NCBI GenBank assembly: GCA_009842675.1
Contig: VYEX01000064.1
Coordinates: 2,155-66,154, forward strand
Reading direction: 5' to 3'
DNA length: 64,000 bases
From: Acidimicrobiia bacterium
Lineage (GTDB): Bacteria; Actinomycetota; Acidimicrobiia; Acidimicrobiales; Bin134
Shown in pieces: positions 56,121 to 64,000 of the stretch (its first letter is position 1; the number at the start of each line of letters is the position of its first letter). The notes beneath the pieces were generated by a model. That model was given only the letters and a program-made list of their open reading frames with translations, was not told the DNA's origin and did no database searches. Made by a program: the position numbers and the translations under genes.

Positions 56121-57788
56121 CTAGGAGTACAGCTCGCGCTTGACCACTTTGCCAGCAGGATTGCGAGGCAAGGGGATGGGGCGGATCTCCCAGAGGGTGG
56201 GGATCTTGTAGGGGGCCAGGACCTCTTTACACCATGCCGCCAGATCGTCGGCGTCGGCCACGGCGGCGTCGTTGAGCACCACCACGGCTTTCACCTCTTG
56301 GCCCATCTCGGGGTGCTCGACGCCGAACACCGCCGACTCAGCTACCGACGGATGGGCGTCGAGGCGGTATTCGATCTCGATGGGGTAGATGTTCTCGGCG
56401 TTGCGCAGGATCATGTCCCGGGCCCGGGAGTTGATGTAGAGGTAGCCGTCATCATCGAAGAAGCCGATATCGCCGGTGTTGAGCCACCGATCCCTGTTGA
56501 TGGTCGCCGCCGTGGATTCGGGATCGTTCCAGTATTCGAGCATTGTGTAGGCACTGCGGCACCAGATGTCGCCCTCTTGTCCAGTGGGGAGCGCCTGGCC
56601 GTCGGGGCCGCGGATCTCGGCTTCGAATCCGATGGCCACCCGTCCGCAGGAGGTGGGGCGCTCCCGGTACTCGGCGCCTCCGATGGTGGCGACCACCGCC
56701 ACCGACTCCGACGATCCGTAACCCATCCCCACCGCGGGCGCGGCGTTGGGGAAGGCCTGGCGCATGAGGTCTTGCACTGCCGGACTGGCCGGGGCGCCGC
56801 CGAAGCCCACGTTGACCACACTGGAGGTGTCGAACTCCGAGAAGCGGGGGTGGTTCACCAGTCGGGAGCCGATGCTGCCCAGGGCGGCGAAAGAGGTCAC
56901 CCCTTCGTCTTGGATGAGCTGGAGCACCGCCTCAGGATCGAATCGGCCCCGGCGGTACACGATCTTGCCCCCGGTAACCATGCTGATGAGCGTGGTGCCG
57001 TACAGCCCCGACACGTGGAACAGCGGCGAGGTGCCCAACGTGACCGACTGGGCCGGCGGGCTGGGCGCCGAGCCCTCGTCGGCAGGGGGGTTAGTGCGCA
57101 TCTCGGCGAACACCCGCACCGCGCCGTTCATCATGGTGGACTGCACAAAACCAATCAGCCCCCGATGCGTGGCTACCGCCCCTTTGGGGCGCCCGGTGGT
57201 GCCGCTGGTGAACAGGATCACCGAGGGGTCGTCCTCGGCTAGTGGGACGTCGATGTCGTCAAGAGCGGTACCCGCACCGGCAGCGATGAAGTCGGCCCAG
57301 TCGTCTTCGATCACCAGGCACGGGGCATCCGTGTCGCCCTTGCCGGAGCGCTCCAGGCGAGGACGGTCGGCGATCACCAGGGCGGGGTCGCTGAGCGCAG
57401 TGGCGTAGTCCACCTCGTCGGTGGTCCACCAGCCGTTGTAGGCCGACACGATGGCGCCGATGCTGGTGGCCGCGAAGAATGACACCACCCACTCGGGGCA
57501 GTTGGCGGCGAAGATGGCCACCCGGTCACCGTGGCCGATGCCCCGCTGCTGCAATGCGGAGGCCGCGGCCGCTACTTGGGCTATGAAGTCGTCGAAGGTG
57601 TGCCGCTGATCTTCCAGCACCAGGAATTCCCGGTCGCCGAAGTTGGCAGTGTTGGCCACCATCTCCCGCAGCGATCGCATCCGAGCGGAAAAAACCGCGG
57701 CCGGTTGTCCCAACACTTCCTCGGTGGTCAGTTCGAACAGCCCGCCGGGCCCGGTCAGCTCTTGGATTACTTCCTCTCGAATACCCAC
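56121..57788 (-). CDS. AMP-binding acyl-CoA synthetase
   Basis: ILFTSGTTGRPKGAV and GDIGFFDDDGYL motifs. Confidence 0.85.
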   Translation of the reverse strand: MGIREEVIQELTGPGGLFELTTEEVLGQPAAVFSARMRSLREMVANTANFGDREFLVLEDQRHTFDDFIAQVAAAASALQQRGIGHGDRVAIFAANCPEWVVSFFAATSIGAIVSAYNGWWTTDEVDYATALSDPALVIADRPRLERSGKGDTDAPCLVIEDDWADFIAAGAGTALDDIDVPLAEDDPSVILFTSGTTGRPKGAVATHRGLIGFVQSTMMNGAVRVFAEMRTNPPADEGSAPSPPAQSVTLGTSPLFHVSGLYGTTLISMVTGGKIVYRRGRFDPEAVLQLIQDEGVTSFAALGSIGSRLVNHPRFSEFDTSSVVNVGFGGAPASPAVQDLMRQAFPNAAPAVGMGYGSSESVAVVATIGGAEYRERPTSCGRVAIGFEAEIRGPDGQALPTGQEGDIWCRSAYTMLEYWNDPESTAATINRDRWLNTGDIGFFDDDGYLYINSRARDMILRNAENIYPIEIEYRLDAHPSVAESAVFGVEHPEMGQEVKAVVVLNDAAVADADDLAAWCKEVLAPYKIPTLWEIRPIPLPRNPAGKVVKRELYS

Positions 57789-57868
57789 GGCTCAGAACCC
57801 TAATCAGTTGCTGTCGTTCGACCGGCTTCGACGGGCTGAACTATGGCTAAAGGCTCTATCGTTGGACC

Positions 57869-59044
57869 ATGACCGAAGTCGTCATCGTCGAAGCCGTTCG
57901 CTCCCCGGTGGGCAAGCGAAACGGCGGCTTGTCCTCAGTACATCCCACCTCGCTGCTCAGCCAGGTGCAGTCTGCCGCAGTCGAGCGTTCGGGCATCGAT
58001 CCCGCCGCCATCGGCCAGGTAGTGGGCGGCTGCGTCGACCAAATCGGGGCCCAGGCCATGAACGTGGTCCGCACCGCGTGGCTCACCGCCGGGCTTCCCG
58101 AGGAAACGGCGTGCAGCACGGTGGACTCCCAGTGCGGCTCGTCGCAGCACGCGGTCAACCTGGGCTACAGCCTGGTGAAGTCTGGGATGGAGGACACGGT
58201 GTTGGCCTGTGGGGTGGAGAGCATGAGCATCGTGCCCATCGGTTCGAACGCCACCGCCGAAGGAGTGGGCCGGCCGGTGACCCGCGACTATTTCGCCCAC
58301 TACGAGTTCACCTCCCAGTTTGAGGGCGCCGAGCGGATGGCCGACAAGTGGGGCATCACCCGGGAGGACTGCGACCACTTCGGTCTCTCCTCGCAACAGC
58401 GGGCGGCCCGGGCCTGGGACGAGGGCCGGTTCGAAACTCAAATCGTTCCCATCGAGGCCCCGGTGCTGGACGAGGATGGCAAGAGGATTGACGAGACGGT
58501 CACCGTCAGCGTGGATGAGGGCCTCCGAGAGACCACCCTGGAAGGGCTGGCCACCCTCAAGCCGGTGGCCCGGCCCGACGGAGTCCACACCGCGGGGTCG
58601 TCATCGCAGATCTCCGACGGGGCTGGCGCGGTGTTGATGACCACCGCGGAGCGGGCCGAACAACTCGGCCTCACTCCTAGAGCCCGTGTGGCGGAGACTT
58701 GCCTGGTGGGGTGCGACCCGGTGCTGATGCTGGAGGGCCCGATTCCGGCCACCCATCGGCTGCTGAAGCGGTCCGGGCTTGCGATGGACGACATCGACGT
58801 GGTGGAGATCAACGAGGCGTTTGCCTCGGTGGTGCTGTGCTGGGCCGCGGACTTGGAGCCCGACATGGAACGGGTCAATCCCAACGGCGGCGCCATCGCC
58901 CTGGGTCACCCGCTGGGGGGAACTGGATCGATCTTGGTGACCAAGGCGCTGCATGAACTTGAGCGCACCGATGGCCAGTGGGGCCTGATCACCATGTGCT
59001 GCGGAGGCGGCTTGGGTACCGGGACCCTGATCGAAAGGCTCTGA
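57869..59044 (+). CDS. acetyl-CoA C-acyltransferase (thiolase)
   Basis: VIVEAVRSPVGKRNG. Active-site regions NEAFA, GHPLG and CCGGGLG. Confidence 0.9.
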   Translation: MTEVVIVEAVRSPVGKRNGGLSSVHPTSLLSQVQSAAVERSGIDPAAIGQVVGGCVDQIGAQAMNVVRTAWLTAGLPEETACSTVDSQCGSSQHAVNLGYSLVKSGMEDTVLACGVESMSIVPIGSNATAEGVGRPVTRDYFAHYEFTSQFEGAERMADKWGITREDCDHFGLSSQQRAARAWDEGRFETQIVPIEAPVLDEDGKRIDETVTVSVDEGLRETTLEGLATLKPVARPDGVHTAGSSSQISDGAGAVLMTTAERAEQLGLTPRARVAETCLVGCDPVLMLEGPIPATHRLLKRSGLAMDDIDVVEINEAFASVVLCWAADLEPDMERVNPNGGAIALGHPLGGTGSILVTKALHELERTDGQWGLITMCCGGGLGTGTLIERL

Positions 59045-60195
59045 TGGCCACCGACGCCGGTTTGGCCGACGAGCTGGTCGACGCCATCCGGACCTGGGTG
59101 GAACGCGAAGTCATCCCCAACGCCTCCGACCTTGAGCATGCTGACGAGTTTCCCGAGGCGATGTTCGCTCAGATGTGCGAATTCGGCCTGTTCGGGGCCA
59201 CCATCCCTGAGAACTACGGCGGTTTGGGGTTGGACGCCACCACGTATGCCCGCATCATCGAGGAGCTCTCCCGGGGATGGATGTCGCTGGCCGGCATCCT
59301 CAACACCCACAAAATCGCCGCCACCATGATCGGGCGCTACGGCACCGACGAGCAGCGGGATCGCTTCTTGCCCCGCATGTGCGATGGGTCGTTTCGATCG
59401 GCATTCTCGCTGTCGGAGCCCGACGCGGGAAGCGACACCCGCAACATCCGCTGTCGGGCCGTGCCCGACGGCGATGAGTGGATTGTCAACGGCACCAAGA
59501 TGTGGGTGACCAACGGCATGCGGGCCCAGATGGTGATGCTGCTGGCTCGTACCCCTGACGAACGCATCACCTGTTTCATCGTGGAGAAGGAGCCAGGGCC
59601 GGGCATCGACGGCCTCACCGTGTCTCGCACCATCCCCAAGCTGGGCTACAAGGGCGTGGAAACCGTGGAAATGTCCTACACCGACTTCCGGGTGCCCGAC
59701 GCCAACGTGCTCGGCGGACCCGACGGCGTGGGCCACGGCTTGGGCTATGCCCTTTCGGCTCTGGAGCTGGGGCGGATCAACATCGCCGCCCGGGCGGTTG
59801 GGGTGGCCCAAGCCGCTCTGGAAGCGGCCATGAAGTACGCCCAGGAGCGGGAGACGTTCGGACGGCCCATCTACGACCACCAGGCCATCGGTTTCAAGCT
59901 GGCCGAGATGGCCACCAAGCTCCACGCCGCCCGGCTGATGACCTACGACGCCGCCCGCCGCTATGACTCCGGGGAGCGCATCGACCTGGAGGCGGGCATG
60001 GCCAAGCTGTTCGCTTCTGAGGCCGCCTTTGAAATCGCCTCCGATTCACTGCGCATTCACGGGGGAAACGGCTACACCGAGGAATACCCGGTTGAGCGCT
60101 ACTTCCGGGACACACCCCTCATGATCATCGGTGAGGGGACCAGCGAAATCCAGAAGATGGTGATCGCCCGCCAACTGCGCGATCGGTATTCATAG
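59044..60195 (+). CDS. acyl-CoA dehydrogenase
   Basis: The ATG overlaps the thiolase stop. GWMSLAGILNTH and IGEGTSEIQ motifs. Confidence 0.9.
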   Translation: MATDAGLADELVDAIRTWVEREVIPNASDLEHADEFPEAMFAQMCEFGLFGATIPENYGGLGLDATTYARIIEELSRGWMSLAGILNTHKIAATMIGRYGTDEQRDRFLPRMCDGSFRSAFSLSEPDAGSDTRNIRCRAVPDGDEWIVNGTKMWVTNGMRAQMVMLLARTPDERITCFIVEKEPGPGIDGLTVSRTIPKLGYKGVETVEMSYTDFRVPDANVLGGPDGVGHGLGYALSALELGRINIAARAVGVAQAALEAAMKYAQERETFGRPIYDHQAIGFKLAEMATKLHAARLMTYDAARRYDSGERIDLEAGMAKLFASEAAFEIASDSLRIHGGNGYTEEYPVERYFRDTPLMIIGEGTSEIQKMVIARQLRDRYS

Positions 60196-60247
60196 TGATG
60201 ATTGCCCGTAGACGACTCTTCAATTTGGATTCTTGAGAGGACGAACA

Positions 60248-61471
60248 GTGACCGAGATTTCTGAGGATCAACTGCGTCAAGAGGTGCGAGATCTGCTGGC
60301 TGACGTCGATCCCGCAAAGGCCACGCAGTACGAGTTCCGAGGTGCTCAATTCGACCGAGGCCTGTCCCGGGTCGACTTCCCCGAAGGCAAGGGCGGGCTG
60401 GGCTTGTCGCCCAAGGCCCAAACCGTGGTGGACGAGGAACTGCGCAAGGCCAGCCACTATTGGCACGATCTGAACGTCAATCCCATTGGCATCGGCATGG
60501 GCGCTCCCACCGTGTTGGCCCACGGCACCGAGGAGATGCACCACCGTCTGCTGCGGCCGCTGTTCACCGGCGAGGAGATCTGGTGCCAGATGTTCAGCGA
60601 GCCCAGCGCGGGCTCTGATGTGGCCGGATTGGCCTCTCGAGCCGAGCTCGACGGCGACGAATGGGTGGTCAGCGGCCAAAAGGTGTGGACCTCACTTGCT
60701 CATCGGTCCCGATGGGGAATGCTGGTGGCCCGCACCGACCCCGACGCCCCCAAGCACCGGGGACTCACCTATTTCGTGCTCGACATGACGCTGCCGGGAG
60801 TGGAGGTTCGTCCCCTGTACCAGATCACCGGTGAGGCCGAATTCAACGAGGTCTTCCTGAATGAAGTCCGAATCCCCGACTCCATGCGGCTGGGGGAGCG
60901 GGGCCAAGGGTGGAATGTGGCCATTACCACCCTCATGAACGAGCGAGTGGCGCTGGGCGGCGGGGTCCCTGAACGGGGCAGCGGGCTCATTGGCATCTTG
61001 GTGTCGGCTTGGGAGCAGCTGCGGGACCAAGCCAATGGCCAAGATGATGTGCGCCGCCGGGTGCTGCGGGATCGAGTAGTCCGGTTGTGGACCGACGCCG
61101 AGGTCTTGCGGCTCACCAACTGGCGGGCTCGCACTCTGTCGTCGGCCGGTACACCCGGCCCCGAGGGATCGGTGGGCAAAGCGGTGTCAGCTGAACTGAA
61201 CCAGCGAATCTATGAGTGCCTGATCGATGTGATGGGGTCAGAAGCCATGCTGTTCCCCCAGGGATATCCGATGTCGAGGCCCGAACAATCTGAAGAGTAT
61301 TCCCTTCGGACCACCCCGCCGGTCAAGGGCTTTCTGCGGTCGCGGGCCAACACCATTGAAGGCGGAACGGCTGAAGTGATGCGCAACATCTTGGGTGAGC
61401 GGGTGCTCGGCCTACCCAAGGAGCCCGGTGTCGACAAGAACACCCCATGGAGTGAGATCCCCCGCAACTGA
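60248..61471 (+). CDS. acyl-CoA dehydrogenase family protein
   Basis: GTG start with GAGAGGA upstream. WCQMFSEPSAGSD and IEGGTAEVMRNI motifs. Confidence 0.85.
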   Translation: MTEISEDQLRQEVRDLLADVDPAKATQYEFRGAQFDRGLSRVDFPEGKGGLGLSPKAQTVVDEELRKASHYWHDLNVNPIGIGMGAPTVLAHGTEEMHHRLLRPLFTGEEIWCQMFSEPSAGSDVAGLASRAELDGDEWVVSGQKVWTSLAHRSRWGMLVARTDPDAPKHRGLTYFVLDMTLPGVEVRPLYQITGEAEFNEVFLNEVRIPDSMRLGERGQGWNVAITTLMNERVALGGGVPERGSGLIGILVSAWEQLRDQANGQDDVRRRVLRDRVVRLWTDAEVLRLTNWRARTLSSAGTPGPEGSVGKAVSAELNQRIYECLIDVMGSEAMLFPQGYPMSRPEQSEEYSLRTTPPVKGFLRSRANTIEGGTAEVMRNILGERVLGLPKEPGVDKNTPWSEIPRN

Positions 61472-61483
61472 AAGGGCGTAGCA

Positions 61484-61855
61484 ATGGTAGATGCACAGCA
61501 CATGCGCACTGTGATGGAGAAGTACGCCGCCGCGGTAAGCGCAGGGGACAAAGAGGCGATTGTGTCGTTTTACGCCCCCGACGGATCGTGCCAAGTGCCC
61601 GTTGGCGGGCCGGTGCACCAGGGGATCGACGCCGTTCGGGCCTTCTATGAGGGCAACGAGCTGGCCGAAACCTTGGTGTTGACCGGACCAGTACGGGTGG
61701 CGGGCCAGGAGGCCGCCGCCCCGATGGTGGCCCATGTTTGCTTCGACGGCGTGAACTATGAGCTCGATGTGGTGGACGTAGCCGTGTTCAACGACGACGG
61801 TCTTCTGACCTCGCTGCGGGCGTTCTACTCGCTCGACGATCTGCGTGCTGTTTGA
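61484..61855 (+). CDS. SnoaL/NTF2-like (ketosteroid isomerase-like) protein
   Basis: 123 aa. YAAAVSAGDKEAIVSFYAPDG pattern. Confidence 0.6.
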   Translation: MVDAQHMRTVMEKYAAAVSAGDKEAIVSFYAPDGSCQVPVGGPVHQGIDAVRAFYEGNELAETLVLTGPVRVAGQEAAAPMVAHVCFDGVNYELDVVDVAVFNDDGLLTSLRAFYSLDDLRAV

Positions 61856-62567
61856 GCAGCTGAAGAAGCGGCGGCGGTTGTTACTGTGGCTGGCGGCGCT
61901 GGGATTGCTGTTGGGTTGGAGCCTTACTTGGGCGCTTGACTCGCCGCAGCGGCCGGTGTTGGCCGAGCGTGACGACATTCGGGCCGCGGCCGTTCACATC
62001 AGCGGCGTGGCCTGCGGCCAATTCAGCGAGGGGAGCGGCTTCGCCGTGGAATCCGGCCTCGTGCTCACCAGCGCCCACGTGGTGGCCGGAGTCGAGGAGA
62101 TAAAGGTGAGTGCGCCCGATGGGAGTTCAGGCCAAGGCGTTTTGGTGGGGTTCGATCCAGGAAGGGATGCCGCGGCGATATCGGTGTCAGGTTTGGGGCT
62201 TTCCCCAGTAGCGATGGCCCCGGTCGTCGCCGTCCAGGCCGATGAGGGCGATGTCGGCACGGTGGATCGCGATACCGGCTTGGAGTTCGAGCCCTATCGG
62301 GTTCTTCGTCGTATACCAGCCTCGGGCGTCGACATCTATGAAGAGGAGGCGGAGAACCGCTACTTGTTGGAGGTCCGCTCTCTGCTCGCCGCCGGCGACT
62401 CAGGCGCCGCGCTGGTGAATGTGGACGGCGAGGTGGTGGGCATGGTCTATGCCGTCGCCCGAGGCCAGCGGGACCAGGCCTACGCCCTTGATCGAAACGA
62501 GATCGTCGATTTCCTGGCCGAGATAGACCGAACCCCGCTTCCCATCCCGCCCTGCCACGCGCTGTAG
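61845..62567 (+). CDS. membrane-anchored trypsin-like (S1) serine protease
   Basis: N-terminal TM helix. GSGFAV...LTSAHVV (His) and GDSGAALV (Ser) motifs. Confidence 0.75.
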   Translation: MLFEQLKKRRRLLLWLAALGLLLGWSLTWALDSPQRPVLAERDDIRAAAVHISGVACGQFSEGSGFAVESGLVLTSAHVVAGVEEIKVSAPDGSSGQGVLVGFDPGRDAAAISVSGLGLSPVAMAPVVAVQADEGDVGTVDRDTGLEFEPYRVLRRIPASGVDIYEEEAENRYLLEVRSLLAAGDSGAALVNVDGEVVGMVYAVARGQRDQAYALDRNEIVDFLAEIDRTPLPIPPCHAL

Positions 62568-62601
62568 GAGATGGGGCGGCCGATAGGGCTAGTCTCATGC
62601 G

Positions 62602-63231
62602 ATGCCTGTGGACTTGGACGAGCTACTTTCTCCGTCGCACTCCGCCGTGGTCACCATGGAGTGCCAAAGAGGGGTGATCGGTGACATGGCCTCCATGGGA
62701 GGCCTGCGGGATGTGATGCTGGACCGAGGGGCCATCGACGCCGGCGCCCGGCTGTGCGCTGGCGCCCGGGCCGCGGGAGTGCCTGTGGTGCACTGCCTGG
62801 CCCACTTCCGGGCCGACCGGGCCGGGAGCGTTGCCAACTGCCGAATGCTGGCGGCGTCGGCCAAGATGAGCGAGCAAAACGGGGGCCTGCTAATCGGATC
62901 GGAGTCGGCCGAGGTCATCCAGGAGTTCGACCCCCAGCCATCCGACATCGAGATCGCCCGCTGGCACGGCATGTCCCCGTTCGTCGGGACCTCGCTCGAC
63001 CAAACCCTGCGCAACTTGGGGGTTACCACCGTGGTAGCCGCCGGGGTATCCCTGAATGTGGGAGTGATGGGGCTGGTGATCAACGCCGTGGACTACGGCT
63101 ACCAGGTGGTGTTGGCCGGCGATGCGGTGGCCGGTATACCGGCCGACTACGGCGACGCGGTGATGCACAACACCATGGCCTTTCTCACCACGATGCTCAC
63201 CGTGGAAGACATCGTGGCCCGTTGGGCATGA
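62602..63231 (+). CDS. isochorismatase-family cysteine hydrolase
   Basis: VVTMECQRGV... and VVAAGVSLNVGV motifs. Confidence 0.75.
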   Translation: MPVDLDELLSPSHSAVVTMECQRGVIGDMASMGGLRDVMLDRGAIDAGARLCAGARAAGVPVVHCLAHFRADRAGSVANCRMLAASAKMSEQNGGLLIGSESAEVIQEFDPQPSDIEIARWHGMSPFVGTSLDQTLRNLGVTTVVAAGVSLNVGVMGLVINAVDYGYQVVLAGDAVAGIPADYGDAVMHNTMAFLTTMLTVEDIVARWA

Positions 63232-63761
63232 CCGAAGCAGAACAGGCTGGTGATGATCGGGCCGCCGATAATCCGGCGGCCGCTGTTGCTGATCGGGCCG
63301 CCGATAATCCGGCGGCCAATAAGAAGGTTGTAGAGCGCTTGGTGCGCGACATCGTGAACGGCGGGCAGGTTGACTTGCTCGAAGAGGTGCTGGCCGACGG
63401 CTTTGTCGCCCATGGCGTGGGGTCCGGTCCCTCCGGCCCCGACGGAATGCGCCGGCTGATCGACACATGGCGCGCTGCTTTTTCCGACTGGCAAGACCAC
63501 ATCGACGAGATGGTGGCTGAAGGCGACCTGGTGGTGCTCAAGATCTCGGCCCGAGGCACTCACGATGGACCACTGTTGGGCATCGAACCCACCGGCGAGG
63601 CCGTCCAGTGGGGCATGATCGAGATGGTGCGCCTCGCCGACGGGAAGATCACCGAACAGTGGGGGTACTCCGACTTTGCCGAAGTGGTGCGTCACCTCCG
63701 TAAAGTTGCGGCGGCACAATCCGAACAGCAATCTCAATACCAATCTGACCAGGAGGCTTGA
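63228..63761 (+). CDS. SnoaL-like ester cyclase family protein
   Basis: The ATGA overlaps the upstream stop. NKKVVERLVRDIVNGGQVDLLEEVLADGFVAHG...GKITEQWGYSD. Confidence 0.7.
   Translation: MTEAEQAGDDRAADNPAAAVADRAADNPAANKKVVERLVRDIVNGGQVDLLEEVLADGFVAHGVGSGPSGPDGMRRLIDTWRAAFSDWQDHIDEMVAEGDLVVLKISARGTHDGPLLGIEPTGEAVQWGMIEMVRLADGKITEQWGYSDFAEVVRHLRKVAAAQSEQQSQYQSDQEA
63255..63317 (+). repeat. 27-bp direct repeat (two copies, 36-bp period) inside the CDS
   Basis: GATCGGGCCGCCGATAATCCGGCGGCC occurs at 63255-63281 and 63291-63317. Encodes DRAADNPAA twice. Confidence 0.85.
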
Positions 63762-63763
63762 CC

Positions 63764-64000
63764 ATGGCCGATACCTCACCTGTCCCCGACTATGCCGGAC
63801 TCATGCGGCTCGACGATAAGGGCTTCATTGTGCTGGGCGCTGGCCAGGGCATGGGACGTCAGTCCTCGCATGCCCTTGCCCAGATGGGGGCCAAGGTGTT
63901 CTGCGTGGACCTAGAGCAGGACCGGGCCGAACAGGTGGCCAACGAGGTGGACGGCATTCCGTGGACATCCGATATCACCAAGCGGGAAGACGTTCAGGCA
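63764..64000 (+). CDS. SDR-family oxidoreductase (5' partial, runs off the window)
   Basis: ATG with AGGAGG upstream. FIVLGAGQGMGRQ glycine-rich motif. Confidence 0.7.
   Translation, partial: MADTSPVPDYAGLMRLDDKGFIVLGAGQGMGRQSSHALAQMGAKVFCVDLEQDRAEQVANEVDGIPWTSDITKREDVQA

Overview
This is a 64-kb segment of a high-G+C, Actinomycetota-like chromosome; nearly all genes use G/C-ending codons. All product calls come from reading motifs in the supplied translations. No database search was run.

Most of the window is ordinary core and metabolic content:
- rpmB-rpmG, DUF501-ppx and an F420/LLM oxidoreductase
- a Cu P-type ATPase and MFS transporters
- a CO-dehydrogenase/xanthine-dehydrogenase-family small and medium subunit operon with a full maturation gene set
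- a hydantoinase / Rieske oxygenase / BMP-ABC transporter / amidohydrolase catabolic block
- a beta-oxidation-type block (acyl-CoA synthetase, thiolase, two acyl-CoA dehydrogenases)

Three visibly lower-GC inserts interrupt this backbone:
1. A left-edge island (about 1-7460). It carries a translationally coupled ABC/AAA_21-type ATPase plus a minimal PD-(D/E)xK nuclease-like ORF (1318-3281). Head-to-head with it is an orphan 1151-aa HsdR-like nuclease/helicase fused to a C-terminal AlbA_2 (Schlafen-like) domain (3532-6987). No HsdM or HsdS gene is nearby.
2. An AT-rich islet (about 6990-7460) with a small four-repeat protein.
3. A compact type II restriction-modification islet (38.2-40.1 kb) with a small winged-helix ORF and a perfect 14-bp palindrome upstream of it.

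The ATPase+nuclease pair and the HsdR-AlbA_2 fusion are my best candidates for an undescribed defence system.

A separate unexpected signal lies in a DsbA/FrnE-like thioredoxin-fold gene. An in-frame TGA sits exactly where the first Cys of the CxxC motif is expected (FYFDPL-TGA-PWCW), and a hairpin follows it. This suggests a selenocysteine (UxxC) protein. The gene heads an operon that also encodes an HTTM (gamma-carboxylase-like) membrane protein.

No tRNA, rRNA, CRISPR array, transposase or integrase was recognised.
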